IMG/VR virus record: IMGVR_UViG_3300020045_019291
Location: 1 to 56,090 of that record
Origin: a virus
Taxonomy: Duplodnaviria > Caudoviricetes
Length of the DNA stretch: 56,090 bases
Direction: 5' to 3' (one strand)
In this document: positions 1-9,215 of the stretch, piece after piece
Numbering within the stretch: the first letter of the stretch is position 1
How the letters are laid out: each line of letters opens with the position of its first letter
Position numbers and translations under genes: made by a program
Notes under the pieces: generated by a model
Seen by the model: only the letters and a program-made list of their open reading frames with translations
Told to the model about the DNA's origin: nothing
Database searches by the model: none

Positions 1-2
1 AC

Positions 3-206
3 TTACTTGCCATAGCGGTTTTTGCGATGATACTATTCATTGCCAACCTATTTAAAACGGAGCCTAAAATTACGCTCGAAATACAGTCAACCATCCGAAG
101 CGGAAAGATAACAATGCTTACTAATCAACGGAATTTGCTGTTAAGTGAAATATCGTATAAACAAGCAAAGAATTCAATGGCAATTGACTCACTAAAAAAT
201 AATTAA
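3..206 (+). CDS. 3' part of a membrane protein truncated by the window edge (possibly holin/lysis accessory)
   Basis: Open frame from the window start, LLAIAVFAMILFIANLF...IDSLKNN*, with a hydrophobic segment; stops 2 nt before the endolysin ATG. Confidence 0.5.
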   Translation, partial: LLAIAVFAMILFIANLFKTEPKITLEIQSTIRSGKITMLTNQRNLLLSEISYKQAKNSMAIDSLKNN

Positions 207-208
207 TT

Positions 209-622
209 ATGGCAAATTTTGAAATTGCAGACAAACTTACCAGAAGATCCGAAGGCGGTTATACTGGCGACCAAGATGACAATGGTAACTGGACAGGCGG
301 AAAAAAAGGCGTCGGCGTGTTGATTGGAACTAATTACGGGATTAGCGCTCCTGTATTGATGGCTTATTTAGGGATAGTCCCAACTATTTTGGAAATGAAA
401 AACTTGTCAAAAGAAACCGTTGAGAAAATTTACATAAAAAATTATTGGAACCCTATTAGAGGTGATGAAATCCAAAATCAGGATATAGCTAATGATATTT
501 ACGATATGTCCGTAAACGCAGGTGTTGGCACTTCCATAATTCTAGCTAAAAGAGCCAGAAACATCAAAGAAACGAGTAAAATGGATGATCAATTTTTAAA
601 AATTCTAAATCAAGAAGTATGA
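209..622 (+). CDS. Endolysin, glycoside hydrolase family 108 lysozyme
   Basis: N-terminal EGGY..D..D.G motif, GTNYGIS, IY...YW, D.SVNAG typical of GH108. Confidence 0.85.
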   Translation: MANFEIADKLTRRSEGGYTGDQDDNGNWTGGKKGVGVLIGTNYGISAPVLMAYLGIVPTILEMKNLSKETVEKIYIKNYWNPIRGDEIQNQDIANDIYDMSVNAGVGTSIILAKRARNIKETSKMDDQFLKILNQEV

Positions 623-951
623 AAAATTTAGCAATGTTGTTATTCTTTTTTTTGGTGAGTTGTACGCCAAAAAGCAAAGTTATAGACTCTAAACCTAGCG
701 ATTATGTGATTTGTGATTCTTTACACAATACTCCAGAAAAAATATTTATTACTGATACCATATCAGTATCAAATGAAATATTTGAACATAAATACGATAG
801 TCTATTGAGAGTTGTAAAGAAAAAAAACGATAGTCTATTTATTGAGCGATACAAAATAGAAAGAATTAAATATTATAATAAAATCGTTCAAAAAAACAAA
901 AAGCAATTGAAGTTCTTGTCAGGCTGGATCAATCGGGTAGTCAAAAACTAA
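619..951 (+). CDS. Lipoprotein, possible o-spanin-like lysis protein
   Basis: Signal peptide with lipobox-like LVSC; overlaps endolysin stop (ATGA). Confidence 0.5.
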   Translation: MKNLAMLLFFFLVSCTPKSKVIDSKPSDYVICDSLHNTPEKIFITDTISVSNEIFEHKYDSLLRVVKKKNDSLFIERYKIERIKYYNKIVQKNKKQLKFLSGWINRVVKN

Positions 952-1041
952 TTTAAAAATATCTATTATGAAAAATCAAAACACTATTCACGTCCTGATC
1001 TGGATTTTCGCTTTCGCGATGGGATTCTTAAACCGATAATT

Positions 1042-1770
1042 ATGACACAAATAAACTTGTTGCCCGTAAAAGAATGGCTTTTCAAGAACTGGGCGATTGT
1101 CGCCTTGGTGATTGTATCGTTCCTGTATTTCAAGTCCTGCGAGGGAAGCAGGGAACTGGAATCTTCCTTGTCCGCCTCCAAAGTAAAAGAGGACAGCTAC
1201 AAGGCAATTGCCAAAACCAATGAAGACGCCGCAGTGTTTTACCGCACACAGGCCAACAAAAGAAAGACCAAAATTGCCGTTCTAGAAAAAGAAGTGGTTG
1301 CATTGAAAACCTCGAAAATAGCCGTAGACAAAAAGACTGCCGAAAATATCAAGAAGGTACAAAGTTTTACTTCGCAGGAAATAAAAAAATATTACGTCAA
1401 TGAGTTTAAATATTTGGACATCCCGATAGTTGCTGCAGGATTAGTTCACAGCGATTCGTTGAACAAAATGATAATAACGGTTATCGAAAAAGGAAAAGGA
1501 TCCGAAGAAAAACTGGTCTTGACCGAGAAAGCCTTGGCAAAATCGGAAGTAGCCAATGCCGAGCTGAAACAGGCCAACGGCGAACTGGAAAAAAGCAACG
1601 ATTCCTTTTCGGAAGCCAACGACAACCTGAAGAAAGCAAATGAGGAAGCGGACAAGGCGGTCAAGATCGTCGAAAAATCATTCCGCAAGGAAAGGAACAA
1701 GAAAACATTTTGGCAAGCGACAACGGCAGCCGTGATAATAGGAGCCAGTTATTTGTTGATCGTGAAATAA
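1042..1770 (+). CDS. Membrane-anchored coiled-coil protein, possible spanin
   Basis: N-terminal TM helix, long coiled coil, C-terminal hydrophobic tail; located in lysis cluster. Confidence 0.5.
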   Translation: MTQINLLPVKEWLFKNWAIVALVIVSFLYFKSCEGSRELESSLSASKVKEDSYKAIAKTNEDAAVFYRTQANKRKTKIAVLEKEVVALKTSKIAVDKKTAENIKKVQSFTSQEIKKYYVNEFKYLDIPIVAAGLVHSDSLNKMIITVIEKGKGSEEKLVLTEKALAKSEVANAELKQANGELEKSNDSFSEANDNLKKANEEADKAVKIVEKSFRKERNKKTFWQATTAAVIIGASYLLIVK

Positions 1771-1783
1771 CCGTGTTTAATTT

Positions 1784-1809
1784 AGTATAAATTATTGTTA
1801 TCAATAGTA
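1784..1809. promoter_or_regulatory. Copy of recurrent 26-bp intergenic motif upstream of the terminase operon
   Basis: AGTATAAATTATTGTTATCAATAGTA; similar copies at 6827, 7984, 13667, 21635, 37754, 46288. Confidence 0.6.
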
Positions 1810-1823
1810 ATAAAAAAAGCGAA

Positions 1824-2198
1824 ATGGACGAAAATAAAGAAAGACTACAGGAAAGCCGCAAGAAAGCAATTCCAGGATTGGTGGAAAAATACCAAAAATT
1901 GGTCGATGATACTTTCGATGCAGTTACCAAACCGCTTCCTACTTTTTCGGACAGGGAAAACAAGGACGGAGAAATAACCGCGACAGCCGAGCAGCAGCTT
2001 TTTATGTTTATCGACATCAGGAACAAAGCCTTGGACAATGCCAACAATATGCTGCTAAAAATAAACCAGCTAGAAATAGAATTACACGCTCCGGAATTGT
2101 TCGAAAGCGATATGAAGGCAAAAGAAGCCGAAGATAACAACACGCCAGAACCCGTAAAAAGAAGCTGGACCAAAAAGAAAGCCGAAGAAAATAAATGA
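1824..2198 (+). CDS. Probable terminase small subunit
   Basis: Small helical protein overlapping the terL start (ATGA); positional inference. Confidence 0.55.
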   Translation: MDENKERLQESRKKAIPGLVEKYQKLVDDTFDAVTKPLPTFSDRENKDGEITATAEQQLFMFIDIRNKALDNANNMLLKINQLEIELHAPELFESDMKAKEAEDNNTPEPVKRSWTKKKAEENK

Positions 2199-4414
2199 TA
2201 TTTTATCTAGGACATAAAGCAGAAGAAGTCATCGTTGACACTAAAACCAGACTGGCGCGAAACAAAGCCAAGTCGTGGAAGTACGGCTATGACGAAACCA
2301 TTGACGTGATCATCATTTCGAAAGACGGAACTCTTGGAGAAATTTATTACATCAACGGACTGCATATTGGATTCCCTGAAAAACCGGAGCACAAACAAAT
2401 AATCAATTGGGACAAGACCGCCGCCAACCAAATGTGGCATCGAGAACCGATAAAAGAAGGATTGACCGAAGAGAATCAATTCAATCAAAAATACGAAAGT
2501 TATATTGAAGAAGAATTTAGAAGAAGAGAAGAAGGCGTATGGATTTACATAAACGGAATCCCTGTTTACATAACTGGACTATACTATATGTTTCTTCAAT
2601 GGATGGAACAAGAAGAAGGTTTTCCAAACTTTAGAATTATTCAAAACGAATTGATGCTTTATTGGGAAGCTTGCAAGGCAGACGAACGCAGTTACGGCAT
2701 TTGTTATGTGAAAAACAGGCGTTTTGGATGGTCCGCTTTGTGCTTGGCAGAAATGCTTAATGCAGGAACGGTTGTCGAAAACAAAAAAATTGGATTAATA
2801 TCAAAAACAGGGGATGATGCCCAAGAGCTTTTTGACAGAATGGTATATTCATTCAAGACAATGCCCTTCTTTTTTATGCCAATTTGGGATGGAACCACTA
2901 CTCCTAAAAAAGAATTGTCTTTTTCTGAACCTACCAAAAAGCGCAAAGCAGGAGAAAAAATAAAAACCAAAGATACAGATGACGGTTTAAATACAAAAAT
3001 CAAATGGCACGCAACCGTCTTGAACAAAATGGATGGTGGTAAAATATTTAGATCTGCAATCGACGAGTGTGGTAAGTTCCCGAAAGACGTTCCATTTACA
3101 AGATATTGGTCAATTGTAAAAACATCACATCGTCTTGGAAGAAGAATTGTTGGAAAAGCAATGACTGGCTCAACAGTAAACGCAATGAAAGATGGTGGAG
3201 CAGAATTCAAGAAAGTTTACGATAAAAGCGATCCATTAGAAAGAACAGAAAACAACCAAACACCTTCAGGTTTATACAGGATTTTCATTGCTGCAAAATT
3301 TTGTCAAGAAGGTTTTTTTGATGTTTTTGGATTTTCGATAGTTGATGATCCAAAAGTAAAAACAAAAACCGACTTAGGAGATTATACAGAAATTGGAGCC
3401 GCAAGATATTTAAAACAAGAATCAAATGCCTTAAAAGACGATCCGGAAGAATTTAACGAGCAGTTAAGACAATTTCCTGACACAGACAGGGATGCCTTTC
3501 GCGACGAAGCCACGGACTGTTCCTTCAACTTGATGAAGATCAACGAGCAAATTGACCACAACGAATTCGAGGCCAAGCCGGACGACGTGGAAAGAGGGAA
3601 TCTTTCTTGGGCAAACGGAATACAGGATACCACCGTGCAATGGAACGAAAATCCTTTGGGAAGATTCTGGATTGCCAAAGGTTGCCACCCAACGGAAGAT
3701 TTCCGCAACAAGAAAGAAAAGAAAATGATCAACGGCGTTTTGGCTTGGGCGCCAACCGCTTTGCACATTGGTTGTTTTGGAGTCGATCCCTACAACAGGA
3801 GCAAAACCGTGGACAGCCGAGGTTCGAAAGGATCCGCGCACTTGTCCACCAAAACAAATACCAGCGCATTGCCCAACGAGGCTTTCATCGTGGAATACAT
3901 TGACCGTCCCGCCACGGTGGAATTGTTTTTCGAGGATATGCTAATGATGATGGTTTATTATTCAATGCCGATGCTTTGCGAATTGTCCAACGAGAAGTTC
4001 CTGACGATGATCAAGGATCGTGGATATCGCCATTTTTCAATGAACAATCCATTAAAAAACTGGTCGGAACTTAGCCATACCGAACAATTATACGGTGGGA
4101 TTCCACCACAAGATGCCAAAGTGGGCGCACAACAATTTTTTGCGGTCGAAACCTATATCGAAGATCGTGTAGGCGTGGCAAGGGAAAGCGGCAACAGGCT
4201 ACAGGGCGAAATGGGATTTATGCCCTTTACCCGAACCTTGATGCAATGGAAAGACGTTGACCCCAACCAAAGAACCAAGTTTGATGCCTATATCAGTTCC
4301 TCTTTATCCCTATTAGGAAACCAGAAACTGGAAATAAAAATGAAGGCAAAAGAAGTCCGAAAAATACCATTCACCATATACAACAACAGCGGTAACACAT
4401 CAGTCAAAAAATGA
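2195..4414 (+). CDS. terL: Terminase large subunit
   Basis: Walker A-like KNRRFGWS, Walker B IDECGK, GSTVN coupling motif, nuclease motif GVDPY; followed by portal-sized gene. Confidence 0.9.
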   Translation: MIFYLGHKAEEVIVDTKTRLARNKAKSWKYGYDETIDVIIISKDGTLGEIYYINGLHIGFPEKPEHKQIINWDKTAANQMWHREPIKEGLTEENQFNQKYESYIEEEFRRREEGVWIYINGIPVYITGLYYMFLQWMEQEEGFPNFRIIQNELMLYWEACKADERSYGICYVKNRRFGWSALCLAEMLNAGTVVENKKIGLISKTGDDAQELFDRMVYSFKTMPFFFMPIWDGTTTPKKELSFSEPTKKRKAGEKIKTKDTDDGLNTKIKWHATVLNKMDGGKIFRSAIDECGKFPKDVPFTRYWSIVKTSHRLGRRIVGKAMTGSTVNAMKDGGAEFKKVYDKSDPLERTENNQTPSGLYRIFIAAKFCQEGFFDVFGFSIVDDPKVKTKTDLGDYTEIGAARYLKQESNALKDDPEEFNEQLRQFPDTDRDAFRDEATDCSFNLMKINEQIDHNEFEAKPDDVERGNLSWANGIQDTTVQWNENPLGRFWIAKGCHPTEDFRNKKEKKMINGVLAWAPTALHIGCFGVDPYNRSKTVDSRGSKGSAHLSTKTNTSALPNEAFIVEYIDRPATVELFFEDMLMMMVYYSMPMLCELSNEKFLTMIKDRGYRHFSMNNPLKNWSELSHTEQLYGGIPPQDAKVGAQQFFAVETYIEDRVGVARESGNRLQGEMGFMPFTRTLMQWKDVDPNQRTKFDAYISSSLSLLGNQKLEIKMKAKEVRKIPFTIYNNSGNTSVKK

Positions 4415-6828
4415 GCACAGAAACAAAAAAAATCTACGGATTGCCAGATCCCCTGGCTCCAGATGCAGTAAAAAAATCTCCCGAATACGGATTGAAAATT
4501 GCCAAGATCATCGAGCAGGAATGGTTTGGCGGCGGGATGATTTCGGCCACCTGCGATTTTATGACCAGACGACAATGGATCATCGACAAGCGGTTGTTCG
4601 TTCGTGGCGAAGGGGATTCCCAGACCGAAAAAGACCTGATTTCCAGAAACGAGGGGGATTTGGATTACAACAATCTGGACTGGACACAACTTAATTTTGC
4701 CCAAACGCCCTGCAACATCGTGGCCAACGGCATTCGTGACGAGAACTACACGCTTGACATTCGCGCCGTGGATGCCATTTCGGTGCAGTTGCGACAAAGC
4801 ACGATGGAAAACCACCGCAAGAACATGTATGCCAAACCGATGCTAGACAAGGCCAATGAATTGTTGGGAATCGATTTGCGCCCAAAAGGTTTCGTGCCGG
4901 AAGACGAGGAAGAATTGGCATTGAAAATGGAGCTGGACGAAAAGCCGGACATCGAGATTGCCGAAGAAATACTGATTGATTTCGTCAAAAGAACCAATGA
5001 ATGGACCTATACCGAGCAGGAAAAAAACAAGGACTTGGTACACATAGGACTTGCCGCCGCGAGGGTTTACACAGACAAGAACGACGGCGTGAAAGTGGAC
5101 TTCATCGATCCTGAAAACTACGGACACAGTTACGTAAAGAACAACAATTTCAGCGACGCCTATTACCATTTCGTGGTTGACACCATCACCATAAACGACA
5201 TCAAGCGCGAAAGCGATCTTGAAGACTCGAAACTAAGGGACATTGCTGCAAAATACAGCGGCGTGAATTCCGCTTATTCCGGAAACGATTTCAAGACCTG
5301 CGAAATAAACTCCATCCTGAATATGAAGATCGACGTGATGCGTTTTGCCTTCAAGTCTTCTAAAACCACCGTTTACAAAAAGACCTTGAACAAAAAAGGA
5401 CAGGTGACAAAAGTATCGAAACGCGACGAGAGTTTTGATCCTCCGGGAGAAATGGCAAACTTGAAAGCCTCGAAAACATTGGACACCTGGTACGAAGGAA
5501 ACTACATCGTGGGATCCAACGAGATTTACGGCTACCAGGAATGCGAAAATCTGGTTCGCGACGAAATGAACAAGGTAAAATCGCCTTTCGTGGTTCGCGC
5601 CACCGACATCTACAAAAACAAACTCAAATCATTTTTGGGCGACATCCAGCCGGTTTGCCGCGAGTTGCAAAGAGAACACCTGAAATTGCAACAATTGATT
5701 CTGGAATTGAAACCAGACTTGACAGAAATCGATTTGGACAGCCTTGCCGTTCTGGAAGGAGCCAAAGGCGATGCCAAGAAGGAAAACTGGAAAACAGCCT
5801 TGAATTTATTGAACGTGAAAGGGGTTGTTTTCAAGGAACGCATCGACATGGGCGAAATGGGAATGAAGGAAGGTTCCGCCGCCAGACCGATAGGCAATAG
5901 CCAAGGAAGCGCGATTACCCCGATCCTGAATTCTTGGGCGCATTATGCCAACCAATTGTACAGAATCACGGGAATAACACCTGCCAATGACGGAACTTTG
6001 TCGCAAGATGCCTTGTTGGGCGTGAACGAAATGGCGAAACTGGCAGGAAACACCGCCACGAAACACATCGTTGATGCCGCCGTGGATTTCAACAAACGCG
6101 TGTGCGAAGTGATTTCGTCCAGAATTCACGGAATTTTCAAGTACGACGACAACGGACGCCTGAAAAAAATGTACGAGAACGCCGTGGGCAAACACAATCT
6201 GGACGCCTTGAAGGCCTTGTCAGACAGGAGCCTCCACGAATTTGGTTTCACAGTGGAAATGGTACCGACCCAACAACAAATGGCGAATTTCGAAAGGGAT
6301 TTGGGCATTGCCCTGCAAGAAGGAACCATCGACGTGGAAGACAAGATCCAGGCGGAGAACATTGCCAAGAACAACATCAAGTCGGCATATCGCTACCTGA
6401 AATACCGCAGGAGAAAACGCATCAAACAGCGTATGGAGGAACAATCGATTATGGCGCAAGAAAAGAGCCAGAACGACATTGCCTCGGCACAGGCGGCAGC
6501 GCAATCCAAGGTGAAGGCGTACGGCTTGCAGAAACAAATCGACATTGATTATGAATTGAAGCTTTCGCAAATCCGTTTGGGCGAAAAACAGGCGATGCAG
6601 CAAATCGAGGCACCGGAAAAAGAGCAGGAATTCAAGCAGGATGTTTATATCGAGAGTATGAAGGTGCAAACGACGATGGACCTGAACAAATACAAGGAGG
6701 ATGCCAAAGATCTTCGTTTGGACAGGCAGTCTTCGCAGAATTCGCAGATGATCGACCAGAGGAAGAAAGATTCAGGCCCGATAGATTTCGAGAATCCATT
6801 TGAATTTGATTCTCTGTTTGAAAATTAG
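4411..6828 (+). CDS. Portal protein
   Basis: 805 aa directly after terL, NLDW motif and C-terminal coiled coil as in Bacteroidota podovirus/crAss-like portals. Confidence 0.8.
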   Translation: MSTETKKIYGLPDPLAPDAVKKSPEYGLKIAKIIEQEWFGGGMISATCDFMTRRQWIIDKRLFVRGEGDSQTEKDLISRNEGDLDYNNLDWTQLNFAQTPCNIVANGIRDENYTLDIRAVDAISVQLRQSTMENHRKNMYAKPMLDKANELLGIDLRPKGFVPEDEEELALKMELDEKPDIEIAEEILIDFVKRTNEWTYTEQEKNKDLVHIGLAAARVYTDKNDGVKVDFIDPENYGHSYVKNNNFSDAYYHFVVDTITINDIKRESDLEDSKLRDIAAKYSGVNSAYSGNDFKTCEINSILNMKIDVMRFAFKSSKTTVYKKTLNKKGQVTKVSKRDESFDPPGEMANLKASKTLDTWYEGNYIVGSNEIYGYQECENLVRDEMNKVKSPFVVRATDIYKNKLKSFLGDIQPVCRELQREHLKLQQLILELKPDLTEIDLDSLAVLEGAKGDAKKENWKTALNLLNVKGVVFKERIDMGEMGMKEGSAARPIGNSQGSAITPILNSWAHYANQLYRITGITPANDGTLSQDALLGVNEMAKLAGNTATKHIVDAAVDFNKRVCEVISSRIHGIFKYDDNGRLKKMYENAVGKHNLDALKALSDRSLHEFGFTVEMVPTQQQMANFERDLGIALQEGTIDVEDKIQAENIAKNNIKSAYRYLKYRRRKRIKQRMEEQSIMAQEKSQNDIASAQAAAQSKVKAYGLQKQIDIDYELKLSQIRLGEKQAMQQIEAPEKEQEFKQDVYIESMKVQTTMDLNKYKEDAKDLRLDRQSSQNSQMIDQRKKDSGPIDFENPFEFDSLFEN

Positions 6829-6871
6829 TATAAATAATTTGTACCAGTAATATAAAAATTGATTATGTTTG
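6827..6871 (+). promoter_or_regulatory. Recurrent motif plus Bacteroidota -7 promoter element
   Basis: AGTATAAATAATTTGTACCAGTAATA at 6827-6852; TATGTTTG at 6864-6871. Confidence 0.5.
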
Positions 6872-6904
6872 TATTCAATTAATTTTTAACCAAACTTAAA
6901 AACA

Positions 6905-7276
6905 ATGAAAAAATTACTATTGTTATCGTTGAGTTTATGCCTTCTATTTTCTGTCACGGCACAATCCAGTGTCCAGAACCTCAAAATTGAAAAGCACAAA
7001 ACAGAAAAAGTGTCGTTTGAAGCCGTAGTCGTTTCAACAGTGGGAGTGTCAACTTCTAAAATCGAGGGGTTTTCCTCCAATGTATTTGTCCAGCGACAAT
7101 GTAGTAATTTTGCAAAAGAAGCGAGTTTTGCTTTTGCCAATCTGGAAACACAATCCTTTAATTACAGTCGGTATTGGTGCCGGAATTATGAACATTCCAA
7201 TTCGATATACAACAATACTTCCATCAAAAAAGACCAGCCGGCAGAATCGGAATCAGAAGAAGATATTCCCGTCTAA
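6905..7276 (+). CDS. Hypothetical exported protein (moron-like)
   Basis: Signal peptide MKKLLLLSLSLCLLFSVTA; own promoter-like element and terminator. Confidence 0.55.
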   Translation: MKKLLLLSLSLCLLFSVTAQSSVQNLKIEKHKTEKVSFEAVVVSTVGVSTSKIEGFSSNVFVQRQCSNFAKEASFAFANLETQSFNYSRYWCRNYEHSNSIYNNTSIKKDQPAESESEEDIPV

Positions 7277-7297
7277 AGACAAAACAGCATATATATT

Positions 7298-7332
7298 AAA
7301 AGCACTGAACTTAAAATTCAGTGCTTTTTTTT
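7298..7332. terminator. Bidirectional intrinsic terminator
   Basis: AAAAGCACTGAA-loop-TTCAGTGCTTTT with T tract, between convergent genes. Confidence 0.8.
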
Positions 7333-7334
7333 GT

Positions 7335-7961
7335 TTAATAACTAGACAACAAACAATTGAAAACGTGGTTTCCCAATGATGGATGAACGCAGTTTCTTAA
7401 AATTTGAACAGGACAATGATTATTGCCGTAATAGATGTTTTCGTCGTAATGAATTCCAAGCCAATCCATCATTGTTTTTTTTTGTCCAATAGTCGCCAAA
7501 TTCATCATTCCTTTTGGAGATTTTGGCAAATCATCCATTGGCGTAATATCAAAGTTTGACCAGAATAAATGACGACCCATTTTTGTTGGATTTCCGTAAG
7601 GCTCATAATATGGAACTACATTTTCTACAAACCACTTCCCTTTGAAATAAGTATTTAAAAATATTATTTCTTCAAACAATTTGCCATCTACAAAACGAAC
7701 CATATTATGACGGGTTGCGCGATTCATCTTCGAATGAGTTTGGCACATTATACCACTTGCAATTACATCATAATCCTTATAGTTTTCCAATAGGAATTGG
7801 TGCGCATCAGCAATTATAACCTTTTGATTTGGCTTCCTCTTTTGCAGAACTGCGGCTATTTTTGGATTTAGTTCTATGTGGGTAATTTCGAAAACACTTT
7901 CATCCAATAATTCAGTAGTGCCTCCAAGTCCTGCGTACAGGTGTAGTAATTTGTATTTCAT
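7335..7961 (-). CDS. DNA cytosine-C5 methyltransferase-like protein
   Basis: Motif I LHLYAGLGG, motif IV-like SGIMCQTHS, motif VI FVENV, RH.FWSNF, C-terminal RNCV; ATG at 7961 preferred over the longer start in the ORF track. Confidence 0.75.
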   Translation of the reverse strand: MKYKLLHLYAGLGGTTELLDESVFEITHIELNPKIAAVLQKRKPNQKVIIADAHQFLLENYKDYDVIASGIMCQTHSKMNRATRHNMVRFVDGKLFEEIIFLNTYFKGKWFVENVVPYYEPYGNPTKMGRHLFWSNFDITPMDDLPKSPKGMMNLATIGQKKTMMDWLGIHYDENIYYGNNHCPVQILRNCVHPSLGNHVFNCLLSSY

Positions 7962-7979
7962 ATCTGGATTTATTTTTAT

Positions 7980-8114
7980 CAAAAGTATAAATAATTGATA
8001 CTAATAGTATGTGTTTTTCGATACTATTTACCTATCGTTTTGTATTTAAGTATCAATTATAATTATTATTAGTACTAATTATTTGTATTTGATAAATATT
8101 ATTTATTACATTTG
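7980..8114. promoter_or_regulatory. Divergent promoter region (MTase leftward, scaffold/capsid rightward)
   Basis: Minus-strand TACTTTTG at 7980-7987; motif copy 7984-8009; inverted motif copy ~8068-8090; plus-strand TTTG (8082) ... TACATTTG (8107-8114). Confidence 0.65.
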
Positions 8115-8141
8115 TCATACCTATAACGAAAATCTATCAAA

Positions 8142-9203
8142 ATGGTTACTGAAGGAACTGAAAACGGTCAAGAAGAAGGAAACAACGAAGGCGCGCAAGC
8201 TGCCGTAATTACCAATGAAGGAACTGCCGCAGGGGAAGGAAATGCCGCCGCCGAACAAGCAGCAATCCCGACCGAACCGTCCGAAGAATCAGTCATAAAA
8301 TATTTCGCCTCCAAAGGCAGGTCCGTCGAGAAATTGGACGATTTGTTTGTGGAAAAAGTCAAAGAGGTTAATCCATACGAAAACACCTCCGACGAACTGA
8401 AACAAATTTTGGCTTACCAGAAAGAAACAGGCCGAGGCGTAAAAGATTACTTCAAGTTGCAGGAAAACATCGATGACAGACCCTTGGTTGATTTGGCGCT
8501 TGAAAAAGTACGCAACGAAGTGGGAGGAACATTCTCTCCCGAAGACCTGACCGCTTATTTGGAAGATGCTTTGGCAATCGACTTGTCGGGCGACTTGACT
8601 CCAACGGAAACGGTGAAGTTGACAAAATTCGTCAAGGATTACAAGGAGCAATTGAAAGCCGACCAGGAGAAATACAAGACTCCGGTGGCAAAAGCTCCAG
8701 AAGCCAAGGCAGACACCGTGGAAATGATCACGCTGGCCGATGGACAACAAGTTGCAAAAAGCGTGTTCGAAGCACACGAAAAAACAAGACAAATTTATTT
8801 GAATGACATAAAAGAAGCAGTGAACAGTGTTGCGGCATCTTCCATTAAAATTGAGTTTGACAATAACGGGGTTAAAGAGGAACTGACCTACAGTTATGAT
8901 TACGATGCAAACGACCACCAGAATATGGTAGCCATTGCAGAGGATCTGGACCAGACAGTCACCAAACTTTTTAGAACCGAAAAAGGGTTCAACCATCAAG
9001 ACTTTATTGAAAGCACTTGGTTTTTGGACCGAACAAACCGGGAAAAATGGGCCGCAGCACTCGTGAACAAAGCAAGAGCAGAAGCCATAACAGAATTAAC
9101 GAAAGCGGAAAACAACGTGAACTTCAACAGGGACGGAATGCCAAAACAAGCAGGCAATCCGAATGTGAGGATAGTTCCAATCAAAGAATTACTCAACCGT
9201 TAA
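8142..9203 (+). CDS. Probable capsid scaffolding protein
   Basis: Acidic low-complexity N-terminus, helical, immediately upstream of the MCP. Confidence 0.65.
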   Translation: MVTEGTENGQEEGNNEGAQAAVITNEGTAAGEGNAAAEQAAIPTEPSEESVIKYFASKGRSVEKLDDLFVEKVKEVNPYENTSDELKQILAYQKETGRGVKDYFKLQENIDDRPLVDLALEKVRNEVGGTFSPEDLTAYLEDALAIDLSGDLTPTETVKLTKFVKDYKEQLKADQEKYKTPVAKAPEAKADTVEMITLADGQQVAKSVFEAHEKTRQIYLNDIKEAVNSVAASSIKIEFDNNGVKEELTYSYDYDANDHQNMVAIAEDLDQTVTKLFRTEKGFNHQDFIESTWFLDRTNREKWAAALVNKARAEAITELTKAENNVNFNRDGMPKQAGNPNVRIVPIKELLNR

Positions 9204-9215
9204 AACCTAGAAATT

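Noticed and set aside
2460-3480. AT-richer patch inside terL suggesting an intron/intein or mosaic
   Set aside because: Frame is continuous and holds the expected ATPase motifs; no intein termini; compositional shift not quantifiable by eye
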